A DNA stretch of 64,000 nucleotides from Octopus bimaculoides (taxonomy: Eukaryota), in contig NC_068984.1 in the NCBI RefSeq assembly GCF_001194135.2, positions 65,247,106-65,311,105 of the forward strand. Reading direction: 5' to 3'. Below the pieces are notes generated by a model that was given only the letters and a program-made list of their open reading frames with translations, searched no databases and had not been told where the DNA came from. Shown in pieces: positions 12,813 through 24,377 of this stretch (position 1 is its first letter; every line of letters begins with the position of its first letter). The position numbers and the translations under genes were made by a program.

Positions 12813-13537
12813 CCCACCACCATGTCAATCATTCTTCTCTTCCATCAAAACAATAGCATAATGAGGGATGGTACTGGATTTGTCCTTATTTAGTATCTAC
12901 CTTCTATTATTATTCTTTCCCCTTACCATCACTCTCCTCTGTGATTCTTCATTGACATCAATCACTCACACTTTCTTACCATCACCCATGTCTGTTGTTA
13001 TCCTATCATGCTGCTCATGCTATTTTATTTTTTATTCAGTTTCCTTAACAACAGCCAACAAGTAGTTATCAATGTCTATTTTACTCTCTCTCTCTTTCTC
13101 TTTCTTCCACTCACTCTTTTTTCTTCTCCTACCACCACCTCTCATGACTCATAGTCTCTCTTCTTGTCCATCACTCTGTTGTTCATCTCTTTCCCTCTTT
13201 CTCATCCTTTCAGACATGCTTGCCTTGAAAGACTGAGAACAACATAGGGTAGAGAGGACTCTGAAGGACATAACAGCATGAAATGCATGCAGTATGTTGT
13301 ATATTATGGCTGGTGTTAAGAAAGACATCCTACTATAGAAGTCATGCTATATATTGAACTTACAAGCACAACAGGATTCTTCAACCTATCTATGATAACA
13401 ATAACTCTAAATAATAACTGATTCAAACAATGAAGATTCAACCAACCTATTATAAAATAATAACGACGACATTTAGAGAGAAATTTAGAGAACACATGCA
13501 AAGATATACACAGTTTCATATATGCATATAAACATTC

Positions 13538-14050
13538 GTTTCATCATCATTGTTTAACATCCATTTTCCATGCTGGCATGGACTGGACGGTTTGACTGAG
13601 GTCTGGAGAGCCAGCAGCTGCACCAGGCTCCAATATGATCTGGCAATGTTTCTACAGCTGGATGCCCTTCCTAATACCACTCTGAGAATGCAGTGGGTGC
13701 ATTTTATGTGCTGCCAGTACAGGAGCCAGTCAGGCAGGCCTGGCATCGATCATGCTTGGATAATGCCTTTTACGTGTTACCAGCATGGGTGCCAGTAAGG
13801 GGGTACTGGCATTGGTGACGTTCGGATAGTGCTTTTTATGCGCCACCAGCACAGGATTTAGTCAGGAGGTAATGGCATCAGCCACATTCGGATGGTACAT
13901 TTTATATGCCACCAGCATGGGAGCCAGTCAGAGGACACTGGGATTGCCACATTCGGATGATGCATTTTACGTGCCACCAGAACAGGAGTCACTCAGTGGG
14001 CACTGGCCACAGCTATGATTTTGGTTTTACTTCACTCAACAGGTCTTGCA
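13538..14050 (-). mobile_element. 3' end/UTR of an RTE-type element (or RTE-dependent SINE) with internal ~66-bp minisatellite
   Basis: Minus-strand (GAT)n-like tail (+ strand CATCATCATT) and the motif TTTCTACAGCTGGATGCCCTTCCTAA shared with other copies in the window. Five diverged ~65-66-bp units at 13695-14010. Confidence 0.75.
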
Positions 14051-14127
14051 AGCATATCGTATCGTTTGCACAATCATATTCTTTTATACATACATGTACA
14101 TCGATTTGTACTTGTATAAACACACAT

Positions 14128-14857
14128 ATCTTTTACTTGTTTCAGTCATTAGTCTGCAGCCATGCTGGAGCACCACCTTGAAGTATTTTAGTAGAACAAA
14201 TCGATCCCAGAACTTATTCTTTGTAAGCCTACTACTTATTCTATGAGTCTCTTTGCTGAACTGTTAAGTTACAGGGATGTAAACACACCAACATCATTAG
14301 TCAAGCGATGGGGGGAGGGACAAAGACACACACAGATAAATATAAATATATATATATATATANNNNNNNNNNNNNNNNNNNNNNNNNNNNNNNNNNNNNN
14401 NNNNNNNNNNNNNNNNNNNNNNNNNNNNNNNNNNNNNNNNNNNNNNNNNNNNNNNNNNNNNNNNNNNNNNNNNNNNNNNNNNNNNNNNNNNNNNNNNNNN
14501 NNNNNNNNNNTATATACATACATACATACACAATGTGCTTCTTTCAGTTTCCGTCTACCAAATCCACTCACAAGGCTTTGGTCAGCCCAAGGCTATAGTA
14601 GAAGACACTTGCCCAGGTTCAGTGGGACTGAACCTGGAACCATGTGGTTGGGAAGCAAGCTTTCTGCCACACAGTCACACCTGTGCCTATGCAACAGGCT
14701 TCTTTCAGTTTCCATCTACCAAATCACCAAATCCACTTACAAGGTTTTGGTCAGCTTGAGGCTACAACAGAAGACACTGGCCCAAGGTGCCATGCAGAGG
14801 GACTGAACTTGGAATCATGTGGTTGGGAAACAAACTTCTTTCCACACAGCCACATGC
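14128..14857 (-). mobile_element. Composite tRNA-derived SINE (head + core + microsatellite + 3' body) with tandemly duplicated head
   Basis: Reverse complement of the family at 18779-19166 (GAAGACACTTGCCC core; CATGCTGGAGCACC tail). Head/core occurs twice (14537-14689, 14697-14857). The internal SSR spans an N gap. Confidence 0.85.
14363..14510. other. Assembly gap (N run)
   Basis: Ns flanked by TA repeats. Confidence 1.
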
Positions 14858-14982
14858 AACAATTTGAAAACAGTTATCTAATATCAATATACTGTTTTCA
14901 AAAACTGTGACAAAAATGTAAATATATTGGACTGTGTGTAACAATGTCACTATTTACATTTGAAAATGATAAAGAAGAGTAA

Positions 14983-15164
14983 AAGAGATGTAGAGTGATG
15001 AATAGTGATAGGGAGGGATTGAATAAGGAAAGAAGTGATGCCATTCCACAAAACTTGTGATGTGGTACACTGAGTAGCAGAAAGGGCAAGTGATAAATAA
15101 AGGGTATCGAGGAGGGTTGCTCTGATGATTTAACAGAGTCATAATGAGTGACAAACCAAGTGTG
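14983..15164 (-). repeat. Right arm of long inverted repeat (partner 12642-12812)
   Basis: See left arm. Confidence 0.9.
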
Positions 15165-15207
15165 TATCTGTGTGTGTCTGCATGAGTATGGGATTGTGTG
15201 AGAAACA

Positions 15208-15208
15208 T

Positions 15209-15281
<73 letters not shown>

Positions 15282-15292
15282 CAGAGAGAGAT
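15208..15292. repeat. (GA)n(GT)n compound microsatellite
   Basis: Direct inspection. Confidence 0.95.
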
Positions 15293-17084
15293 ATATCCTC
15301 ATCTCCATCATTATCACCAACTAAACAACTGTTTTACCATTGCTCCACAAATAGTCATGTCTTTTTCAATACCATTTGTCACCTCCCAATCTACTTCTTT
15401 GTCATCACTTATATTATGTAACTATATGAAATGTCATACTTGTAATATCAAGAAAAACACTTTCTATTATAGTCTATAACAGTTCAAATTACAAACTTAT
15501 AAGAATTTCAAGTATGTTCACAGAACCAGATTAATTTCTAAATAAATATAAATTAATATACTTCTGAATTCTGCATCTCATTCAAGTATGCACAAGCAGT
15601 AAGCAAGGTTGAAACATGAGGAGTTTTAAATATTTTAAAGTAAAGAACAACATGGATTTTGTTAAAACAATTCATATTTAAATTGTAGCACTGTAAAGTA
15701 ATTTTTAAAAGTAGACAGGCTGCAGAATTCAAAAACAGAAAAAATATTTTCAGAGATGTTACTACTTTCTCAAGAGATGACTAGCTTAAGGCTACTATTG
15801 AATAAAAATATTTAAAAAGTAAAATAAACAGATGAAGTAAATGAATAAGACGAAATAATAATAAAAATTAAAAAATCAAAAATGAGTGAAACTAGTTCTG
15901 TTAAAAGAGACAATTTTGCTGATAGCTTATGCTGGAGGGATAAAACAACAGGGATAGCTTTCCATAAAATCTAACTCTCTCTCTTAACCTACTTAAACTA
16001 AGTAGACTCCCATGAATTTGTTTTTCATTCAAATTGGAAAGAAAATAAAAACAGTAAGTCACAGAGATAATGTAATAAAGTTGTGTATATAATATTTTTT
16101 TCTCCCATATGTTCTTTTTAAAGTTTTACAAAAGAAAAACTAAAAATATTCCAAACTATATTTTGTGATATTATTTGGGAAAATTTAACTTGTTTCTGTC
16201 GAACTTAGTCAAATATGCTTAGTTCTTTATATTTATGGTTTAGAGGCACGATATATAAATATATATATATATATATATAGTTATAGTATATTCTGATAAG
16301 AGTGTAGTAGATTCCACCTTCAGATTTCACTCTGTGCTATTCAGTAGTATTATTATACACACTTCCAGGTTTGCATTTGGTCTTCTGGTGTGTGTGAATA
16401 GATAACTGAAAAAATTTGGAGTACAACTGGAGATTTATTTTTAATCACTACAATTGTTTCTATGCAATGAAGTTCTCCAGACAAGAAGGTACTTGATTAG
16501 GCAACCGTTTGCCTGCATTATGAGATCTAGTTGTGTTTCTTCAGATGATATGTAAACATCGTCTCTGTAAGTTTAAATTCTCGGCTTCAAAGGCTCCCTC
16601 TCTGTCTGTTGTGGCCTGCAGTTAGGAGTAGTCACTGAGTTTGTGTGTGTGTGTGTGTGTTAAAAAAGTATATTGTGTAAAATATTGAGATTAATGAAAT
16701 AAAAGAGGAGGAAAGTTTTGGATTTAGCTTAACTCTGTTGCAGCAATGCATACAAATATGAGATTCTCAATAATGAATCATATTCACTGAAGGTTCTTGA
16801 CTTCATGTAAATACACAAAATATGTTGCAATTCCTGTCATAAGAATGAACAGACAGATAACTGCAAAGCAATGCAAAATGTCATTGTTTATTAAAAATAA
16901 GAAGAGATGTGAAAAATATTACAATTTTAATGATTTTCAAACTGCTAATGCAATTAAGGAGGTATCTATATTGCTGTTTTATTTATTGCTTTTAATGTCT
17001 CATAAAAGTTAATCATGAAGGATGGATAGATGGGCTGGTGGAAGGTGAGATGAGGCAGGAAAGAGGGAAGTACTTTGTGAATAG

Positions 17085-17425
17085 ATAAATGGGTGGCTGG
17101 GTGGGATAGAGGGAAAGATGAAAATTATAAAGATAGACTTGAAAAATAGAGAGAAATGGACAGACAAATAAATACATAGATGAATAGGTGGGGGAATGGA
17201 TCGATGGATGATTGGGTTAACAAAAAGCTAGGGTGTTGAAAAAAAGGAGATAGACAAACAGACAGATATATTGACAGATGGATGGATGGATGGAGGGACG
17301 GACGGACAGTCAGATGGACACACAGATAGACAGACAAACAGATAGATATAGAGACAGACAGACAGATAAACTAATAGGCAAATCGATGATAGGATAGATG
17401 GAAAAATAGAGAAGGAAAGGGAGAT

Positions 17426-17463
<38 letters not shown>

Positions 17464-17522
17464 ATAGATATATAGATAGATATATAGATAGATAGATAGA
17501 TAGATAGATGGTAGATAGAAAG
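17085..17522 (+). repeat. Degenerate purine-rich (GATA/GACA/GGAT)n satellite
   Basis: Direct inspection; near-perfect GATA units at ~17430-17520. Confidence 0.9.
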
Positions 17523-18084
17523 ATGTGTGTATAAAATGCAAACTTGCTAAACAGGGGTATTAAACAAATAATTAGGGAACATTTTTCTGAAACTAAAATA
17601 TATTTTAAAGTAACAATTTTTTGCCAACCTGATGTAGCAGTCTCATTTTGGGGTAAATGCTACTGTTGTTTAGCCCCAGGAGACATTACCGTCAGCTGGC
17701 TATACAACACACAAACTGTGTCCTTATATTTTCGAACAGAGGATTTTAGCACCCCCACCCAGCACAAAGTAGTATCTGTGGACCATATGGTTTCAGGGTT
17801 ATTTCTCTTCATTGGCACAGAATAACTCTTCAGCTGAGATGGTGCTGCTAAACATCCGTCCGAAAATATATATAATTTTCTAAGTGACTCACTGTCACTG
17901 ATCTAATAAAATAGAAATATAGTTGGTCTTAAATCTAGATACATTTTGAAGCAACATTATAGCAAAAGATGTATAAAACTTATTTCAAGTACCTTTCTTT
18001 TAATACAATGGTACTTGCATTACCATTTATTTAGAATGCTAATGCCATTAAAATTATCATTATATTCCTTTCATTTCTTTAATA

Positions 18085-18700
18085 GAACTGGTATTGATGA
18101 AATCACAGGCTATGATCAGATTGCATATTTCATGTATTAAGAAATATCAACATTGAGTTTCAGGGTATTGGGATGTTAGACAATCAAGATATATTACAAA
18201 AACTTCAGCGGCCTTTTTTTGCTGAAGTTACTGCAATACATTGAAAATCACTATGCTAACAAAAATTTTTGTTTGATTTGTTATGTTATTTTTAGTGGAA
18301 AATATTCGGAAATGTTTTTCTCATGAAACTGATAATTCATCTCAATCTAATCTCACACTAAATGCTGCAGTCATTCATTTTTAAAGAAATGTTCGAATGA
18401 TCCATTGACAAAGATATGCATTGAGCAGTACAGTATCAAAAGCTGACATTTGAAGTTCGGAATGGCACACAAGAAAAGATATGTGCTGCTAAGGGATTTG
18501 TAAACTGAGATACAGACAGAATGTGCTGTAATCTAAATGAAGCTGGTTGTTTATTCCACTACAAGAAAATAATACTGCTATGAAAATTATGTTACTTAGA
18601 AACTTTTGTATTCAGTTCTCACTGTCAACTAGACAGATGTAATCTATATGCTAAGTGTGAAACAAGGTTAAAGAGTCTGATAATAAGCAACAAAATGTAT
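18085..18700 (+). mobile_element. Fossil hAT-superfamily transposase fragment
   Basis: Four hAT-like motifs in one frame with hAT-like spacing: GIDEITGYDQIAYF (DE at 18096-18101), SGKYSEM (18294-18314), SHTKCCSH (CxxH, 18351-18374) and KLVVYSTTR (18540-18566). EFQGIGMLDNQDILQKL lies in a shifted frame between them. Many stops. Confidence 0.7.
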
Positions 18701-18778
18701 AGTTTAACTCTGGTATTTAGTCAGATATTACTAAAATAGTAAACGTGAAACTTTATCAAACTTTCTCCTTCAAAAGCT

Positions 18779-19166
18779 TAGGTGTGGTTGTGTGATAAGA
18801 AACTTGCTTCCCAACCACATGGTTCTAGATTCAGTCCTACTGTGTGGCACCTTGGGCAAGGTCTTCTACTGTAGCTTCAGACCAACCAAAGCCTTGTGAG
18901 TGAATTTGATAGACAGAAACTGAAAGAAGCTCATTATGTATATATGTGTGTGTGTTTTTTATGTCTATGTCTGTCCCCCACCACCACTTGACAACCAATG
19001 TTGGTATGTTAATGTCCCCATAACTTAACGGTTCAGCAAAAGAGATAAATAGAATAAGTAACAAGTTTAAAAAAAAAAATACAGGAGTTGATTCATTCAA
19101 CCAAAGATGCTTCAAGACAGTGCCCCAGTATGGCCACAGTCTAATGACTGAAACAAGTAAAAGAAA
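18779..19166 (+). mobile_element. Full-length composite tRNA-derived SINE
   Basis: tRNA-like head (GGTTCTAGATTCAGTCC), CTTGGGCAAGGTCTTCTACTGTAGC core, internal GT/TA SSR and 3' body ending ...GACTGAAACAAGTAAAAGA. Confidence 0.85.
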
Positions 19167-19715
19167 TAGGCAAACGATAACTACTGCCATGATTATTATC
19201 CTTAAGCACTGTTTTACAATCTAGTTTTTCATGATGGCAGGGTTAAACAGTTTTGAAGATACAACTTCTCACCATTTGTCAATAACCTTCAATGTTTTGT
19301 CATAAGATTTCGCTACATAAAAGATAATTTCAAATAAATGTACACAATAAGCTGGTGTTAAATTCTGGAGAGTTTCATTATTTGGTACAATTTAATTTAT
19401 GAGTGATATGTTGTCTAGCAAAGTTTGGCTCATGCTGGCAATGAACATAGAAAGTACAATAAACCATAATACAACTGAGTAATATTTTCAATAATGTAAC
19501 TTGGTTCTTCTATATATACATATTATGTTTTAAGTGCTGCTTAAGACTAATATGAGAATGCACACAACCTGTGCAAATAAATTCAAGAAGTAATCTAAGT
19601 GTGTCTGTACAAGAATAAGTGAATGTGTGTATTTGTGTGCATGTGTGTGAACTGCCAAGGACCATAACTTGCTTGCTGATTCAATCAAGCTAAAGTTATT
19701 ATTATTGGTACGTTT

Positions 19716-19938
19716 AAGACAGTGAGCTAGCAGGAAAGTTAGCATGCCAGGCAAAGTGCTTAGCAGTATTTCATCTGTCTTTACGTTCTGAGTTCAAATT
19801 CCACTGAGGTTGACTTTGCCTTTCATCCTATCAGGGTCAATAAATTAAGTATCAGTTGCGTTCTGGGGTCGATCTAATCGACTGCCCCCACTCCTCCAAA
19901 ATTCTGGGCTTGTGCCTAGAGTAGAAAAGATTATTATT
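19716..19938 (+). mobile_element. tRNA-derived SINE, second family (GCCTTTCATCC...GGTCAATAAATTAAGTA central domain, Meta/MESC-like)
   Basis: B box GAGTTCAAATTCC (19790-19802), central domain 19812-19856, (ATT)n-like tail; homologous to 49320-49535 and 58357-58550. The Meta/MESC label is from memory of the domain and is unverified. Confidence 0.8.
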
Positions 19939-20013
19939 TGTATGTTTATAAAACTAATCTAAGCAAAGAAAGTGCATGGTTTTGAGTGGTCTACTAATTT
20001 GTGGTACTATAAG

Positions 20014-20084
20014 CATGGAGAAAGCTACTACTGGAAGGTTGGAGTTCATAATCTTAGAACAAAATCCTCAAGTGTAACAGCTAG
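20014..20084 (+). CDS. Candidate internal exon of unknown gene
   Basis: TACTAAT branch-like motif (19992-19998), weak TAAG acceptor, open frame HGESYYWKVGVHNLRTKSSSVTA, consensus donor CTAG|GTAAGT at 20085. Confidence 0.2.
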
Positions 20085-20250
20085 GTAAGTATTACCCATC
20101 AGGTAACTCAACAAAATAACATCAGAATAGAACGAGTGTTTAAGCACAGTTTGTAAATATGTATGTGTGTGTGTGAGAGAGAGAGAGAGAACATATAATA
20201 ATACAATTTAAAGAATGCACATATCTGTCAACAAAATACACATATTCATG

Positions 20251-20291
<41 letters not shown>

Positions 20292-20800
20292 NNNNNNNNN
20301 NNNNNNNNNNNNNNNNNNNNNNNNNNNNNNNNNNNNNNNNNNNNNNNNNNNNNNNNNNNNNNNNNNNNNNNNNNNNNNNNNNNNNNNNNNNNNNNNNNNN
20401 NNNNNNNNNNNNNNNNNNNNNNNNNNNNNNNNNNNNNNNNNNNNNNNNNNNNNNNNNNNNNNNNNNNNNNNNNNNNNNNNNNNNNNNNNNNNNNNNNNNN
20501 NNNNNNNNNNNNNNNNNNNNNNNNNNNNNNNNNNNNNNNNNNNNNNNNNNNNNNNNNNNNNNNNNNNNNNNNNNNNNNNNNNNNNNNNNNNNNNNNNNNN
20601 NNNNNNNNNNNNNNNNNNNNNNNNNNNNNNNNNNNNNNNNNNNNNNNNNNNNNNNNNNNNNNNNNNNNNNNNNNNNNNNNNNNNNNNNNNNNNNNNNNNN
20701 NNNNNNNNNNNNNNNNNNNNNNNNNNNNNNNNNNNNNNNNNNNNNNNNNNNNNNNNNNNNNNNNNNNNNNNNNNNNNNNNNNNNNNNNNNNNNNNNNNNN
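20292..20800. other. Assembly gap (N run)
   Basis: Ns after a (TA)n tract. Confidence 1.
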
Positions 20801-20867
20801 GAAACAGATATTGTTGTATTTGGGGATGGCCATGTTGCCGGTTTAGCCAATAAAAAAATATATATAA

Positions 20868-20902
<35 letters not shown>

Positions 20903-20962
20903 TACAAAATCATACACATTTATGCATACACACATACATAAGTGTTTGTGTGCCCTATAGGT

Positions 20963-21012
<50 letters not shown>

Positions 21013-21994
21013 AAATATATATAAATGCTTGCTGCCTATCACAACTTTGGTGTAATTACATTATTTTTCACTTTGTGGTTGTTTCCCTCCCCTTTTTCTC
21101 CAACTTACTCTCTCTTTGACTCTTTCTTTCTCTCCCATTCTACTTTGCATACATAAATATTTGTATGCTTACTTAATCACAAATATTTAGAAATAAGAAA
21201 ATAGATAATCAAAATGATGCAAAATTATTTTTGGCAATGATTAAATTAATGATACCTATGTTAAACTATTTCTTTTTCCTCACAAAATCACTACTATCAG
21301 GTCAGTCCAATGTTTCATAAAAGACATATTTTATACAGTAGAATGTGTTTTTAAATTTCCGTTACTTTTAGATAACATCTATCATTCTGATAAATATCAG
21401 AGTGTTAACTGGAATCCCAAATCTATTCTGATCATTTACAACAGGTGCAAATTTATTCTTGAAAAACGAAAGAAGAAAATTTCAAGCGTATATTTTAAAT
21501 ATCACAAATGTTGTTCTCAACTATTTAATCTGAGAATGTATATATTCTAGTGAGATAGAAATCACAGGCAAAACTAAATAATGATGAAGAAGTAATACTG
21601 TATATGAGAAGTATCATAAAATCATTCAAGAACTGGAAACTGAAAACTAAGGTATGAAAAGAAAAGAAACAATATATATATAGATGAAATCTATTTCCTC
21701 AGCATACATTGCTAATATTGAGCCCCTTCCTATACATAAGTTTGCTTCATAAATAATGGTGATACACAGACACATGTACAGATACCTATTTACACACACA
21801 CACACATATATATATATATACAAACACACATACACATGCATACATATCTAAACATATACATATATACAGATACATATATACACATATACATATAAATATA
21901 CACACAATATATATATATATATATATGTATATATAATATATACGTGCATGTATGTATGTATGTATGTATGTATGTGTGTATATATTTATCATCA

Positions 21995-22092
21995 CTTTTG
22001 CTGAATCACTAATTTATGGGGGACATAAGCAACCCAACACTGGTTGTGTTATGAAGTGGTGGAAGGAAGAAAAACACAAAAAGGCATGCCCA

Positions 22093-22132
<40 letters not shown>

Positions 22133-22308
22133 ACACACACACAACAGGCTTTCACAAAGTTTCCATCTATCAAATTCACTTTCAAGGCATTGGTCACCCT
22201 GCAGCCATAGTAGAAGACACTTGCCCAAGGTGCCACACAGTGGGATTGAACCCAAAACCATGTGGTTGCAAAGCAAGTTATTTAATCACATTAGTCATGC
22301 CTGCACCA
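21995..22308 (-). mobile_element. Composite tRNA-derived SINE (family of 18779-19166), partial 3' body
   Basis: GTAGAAGACACTTGCCCAAGGTGCCACACAGTGGGATTGAACC on +; internal (CA)n. Confidence 0.85.
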
Positions 22309-23940
22309 ATATATTAGAATCCAGATGAAAATGTTCATGAAGTTAGATGAAAACAAAAGCAAAATTTTAAATAAAATGGTCAACCTTAGACTGTGCATAA
22401 ATATTTCCATGCTTGCACAAAGGAATTGCGAGTCTTTCTCATGGAAAAATTGCAAAATATGGAAGAACAGAATTCCTAGAAAACATGGATCAAGAATATA
22501 ACTAAAAGCTTTCTTGGAATAAAAAAAATATGCATAAAATACATTGCTGGCATGACCAAAATAAATATTTTTCTTATTTTCTCACTTGATGTCATTCATT
22601 TTTTTAAATGGTTATATTCACTGTTTGTATGTTTTTGTTTTCAATCTGTTTTTCTATTTCTTCATTGACAGCCTCTGAGTTTCTTGTGTCAATTCTCATG
22701 CATTATTAATTGTGCTTGTCTCATTGATTAGTATTTCTTGGATTATATTTTTTGCCAAATTTTTATTCATCATTCATCATATGTAGAGGCAAGTGAAATA
22801 TCAAGAAGAAAGATGTAAGAATTCAGCAATTCAGTCAGAAAGCCAGTTTCAATTTCTTACTTGTATCATCTTCTCTTAGACCATTATGCTCCTGGGAAGA
22901 CATTCTCACTGTAAATGTCATTTCAGCTACCCTATAATATCTTAGATTTCATGTACCTATCTTGTGTACCCTGTCAGATACATTCATACACTTCATGTAT
23001 GAATAGAACTCTGTGTATGTTCGTATAACCTTATCTATATATGGATTCGCTATACACACACTTTTCTAATAAGTGACATCCTAAACTTATGAGATTAATA
23101 GATATGTACATGTATACATACACACTATTCAATAGATAATTAAAATGTGAGACAGTAAGTATGAAACTATTGTAGTTCCTAAAGTACTCAAATGTGGTGA
23201 AACCTGGTAAATGCCAGTTTTATTTGTTAATATATTATCTTGAGAAGTTGTCAAAGCATTTATAAGTGTGTGAACCTTGATATTCCTAATTTCCAGATAT
23301 GGATAATTGGAAAGTGTCTGCATAGTGCAGTTTCCAATTTCAGTATTTGTTGATTTAGTCATAAACCCTTTAGGGATAGACAACACTGCAAGAACAGTCT
23401 AAGCTGAACAAGAATAAGCAACAGACTAAAATAAAGAATACACAAGCTGATCTTGATATTCATGCACTACCAAACATTTAGTTAGTAGACTGCAACCACA
23501 TAAAAAGCTTTGCTTGATTAACATCAATTCAGAAAAAAAGGAAAAGAAAAAAAGAGTATTCCCAGTAGAATCTTTTTTAATGAAATTTATAAAGAGCATA
23601 TTTAAAGTAATGAGACATGAAATGTTTTTTAAAATATATATAAAAAAAAGGATATTTACTCCATTACTTAACTTAGTTTATGAGATAATGGATTTAGTGT
23701 ATTTATGAGATTCACATCTCATGCATTATGGCTTAGTTTAGATTAAGACATTCAATTACTAAATTCAGCAGTTTTGGGAATTAAAAATAAAGATAGAATA
23801 GATAATAAATATAGTAAAATTATGAGTGTCTGATAGGTCATAATCTTTAAAGAGAAAAACGTGCATCAAGGGTTTTAATAAATTTAACTCACAATTAAAC
23901 AGTTCAAATCTTTCAGTATTTATGCAAGTGTCAGCCACAT

Positions 23941-24154
23941 CTTTTATATGCTTCAGTCATGGGGCTGCAGCCATGCTGGGGCACTGCCTTGAAGAGTTTA
24001 GTGAAACAACTTCCAGTACTTAACTTTTAAATTTGGCATTTAATCTACCAGTCTCTTTTTCCAAACTGCTAAGTTACTGAGACATAAACAAACTAGCACT
24101 AGTTATCAAGCAGTGGTAGTGGGACAAACACACATGCACACACACATACACATA

Positions 24155-24187
<33 letters not shown>

Positions 24188-24335
24188 ATACACAATAGGC
24201 TTTCGCATAAATTCTGTCTACCAAATTTACTCACAAAACAATGGTTGGCAGGAGGACACTTGTCCAAAGTAAGACACGGTGGGACTGAGTTAGAAACCCA
24301 ATGGTTGTCAATTGAGCTTTATTATAACATCTGCA
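23941..24335 (-). mobile_element. Composite tRNA-derived SINE (family of 18779-19166), diverged
   Basis: CAGCCATGCTGGGGCACTGCC tail, internal (GT)n, GGACACTTGTCCAAAG core. Confidence 0.8.
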
Positions 24336-24377
24336 CTGAATTTCTGGCACTACGACTAACACAACTCTAATAATCAT

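Noticed and set aside
13695-14010. Regularly spaced repeats resembling a CRISPR array
   Set aside because: Whole ~66-bp units are homologous with no unique spacers, no cas genes are present, and the context is eukaryotic.
15118-15160. CTGATGA followed by a GTCA/TGAC stem
   Set aside because: No GAAA core in register, and the partner arm has TATGATGA; not a hammerhead.
17889-17905. Minus-strand 10-nt micro-exon-like site (TTATTAG|ATCAGTGACA|GTGAGT)
   Set aside because: Isolated, non-triplet, opposite strand to the other candidates and expected by chance.
23129-23386. 85-aa minus-strand ORF with KTGIYQV (GIY-YIG-like)
   Set aside because: No YIG motif or Cys pair follows; too weak to call a Penelope endonuclease.
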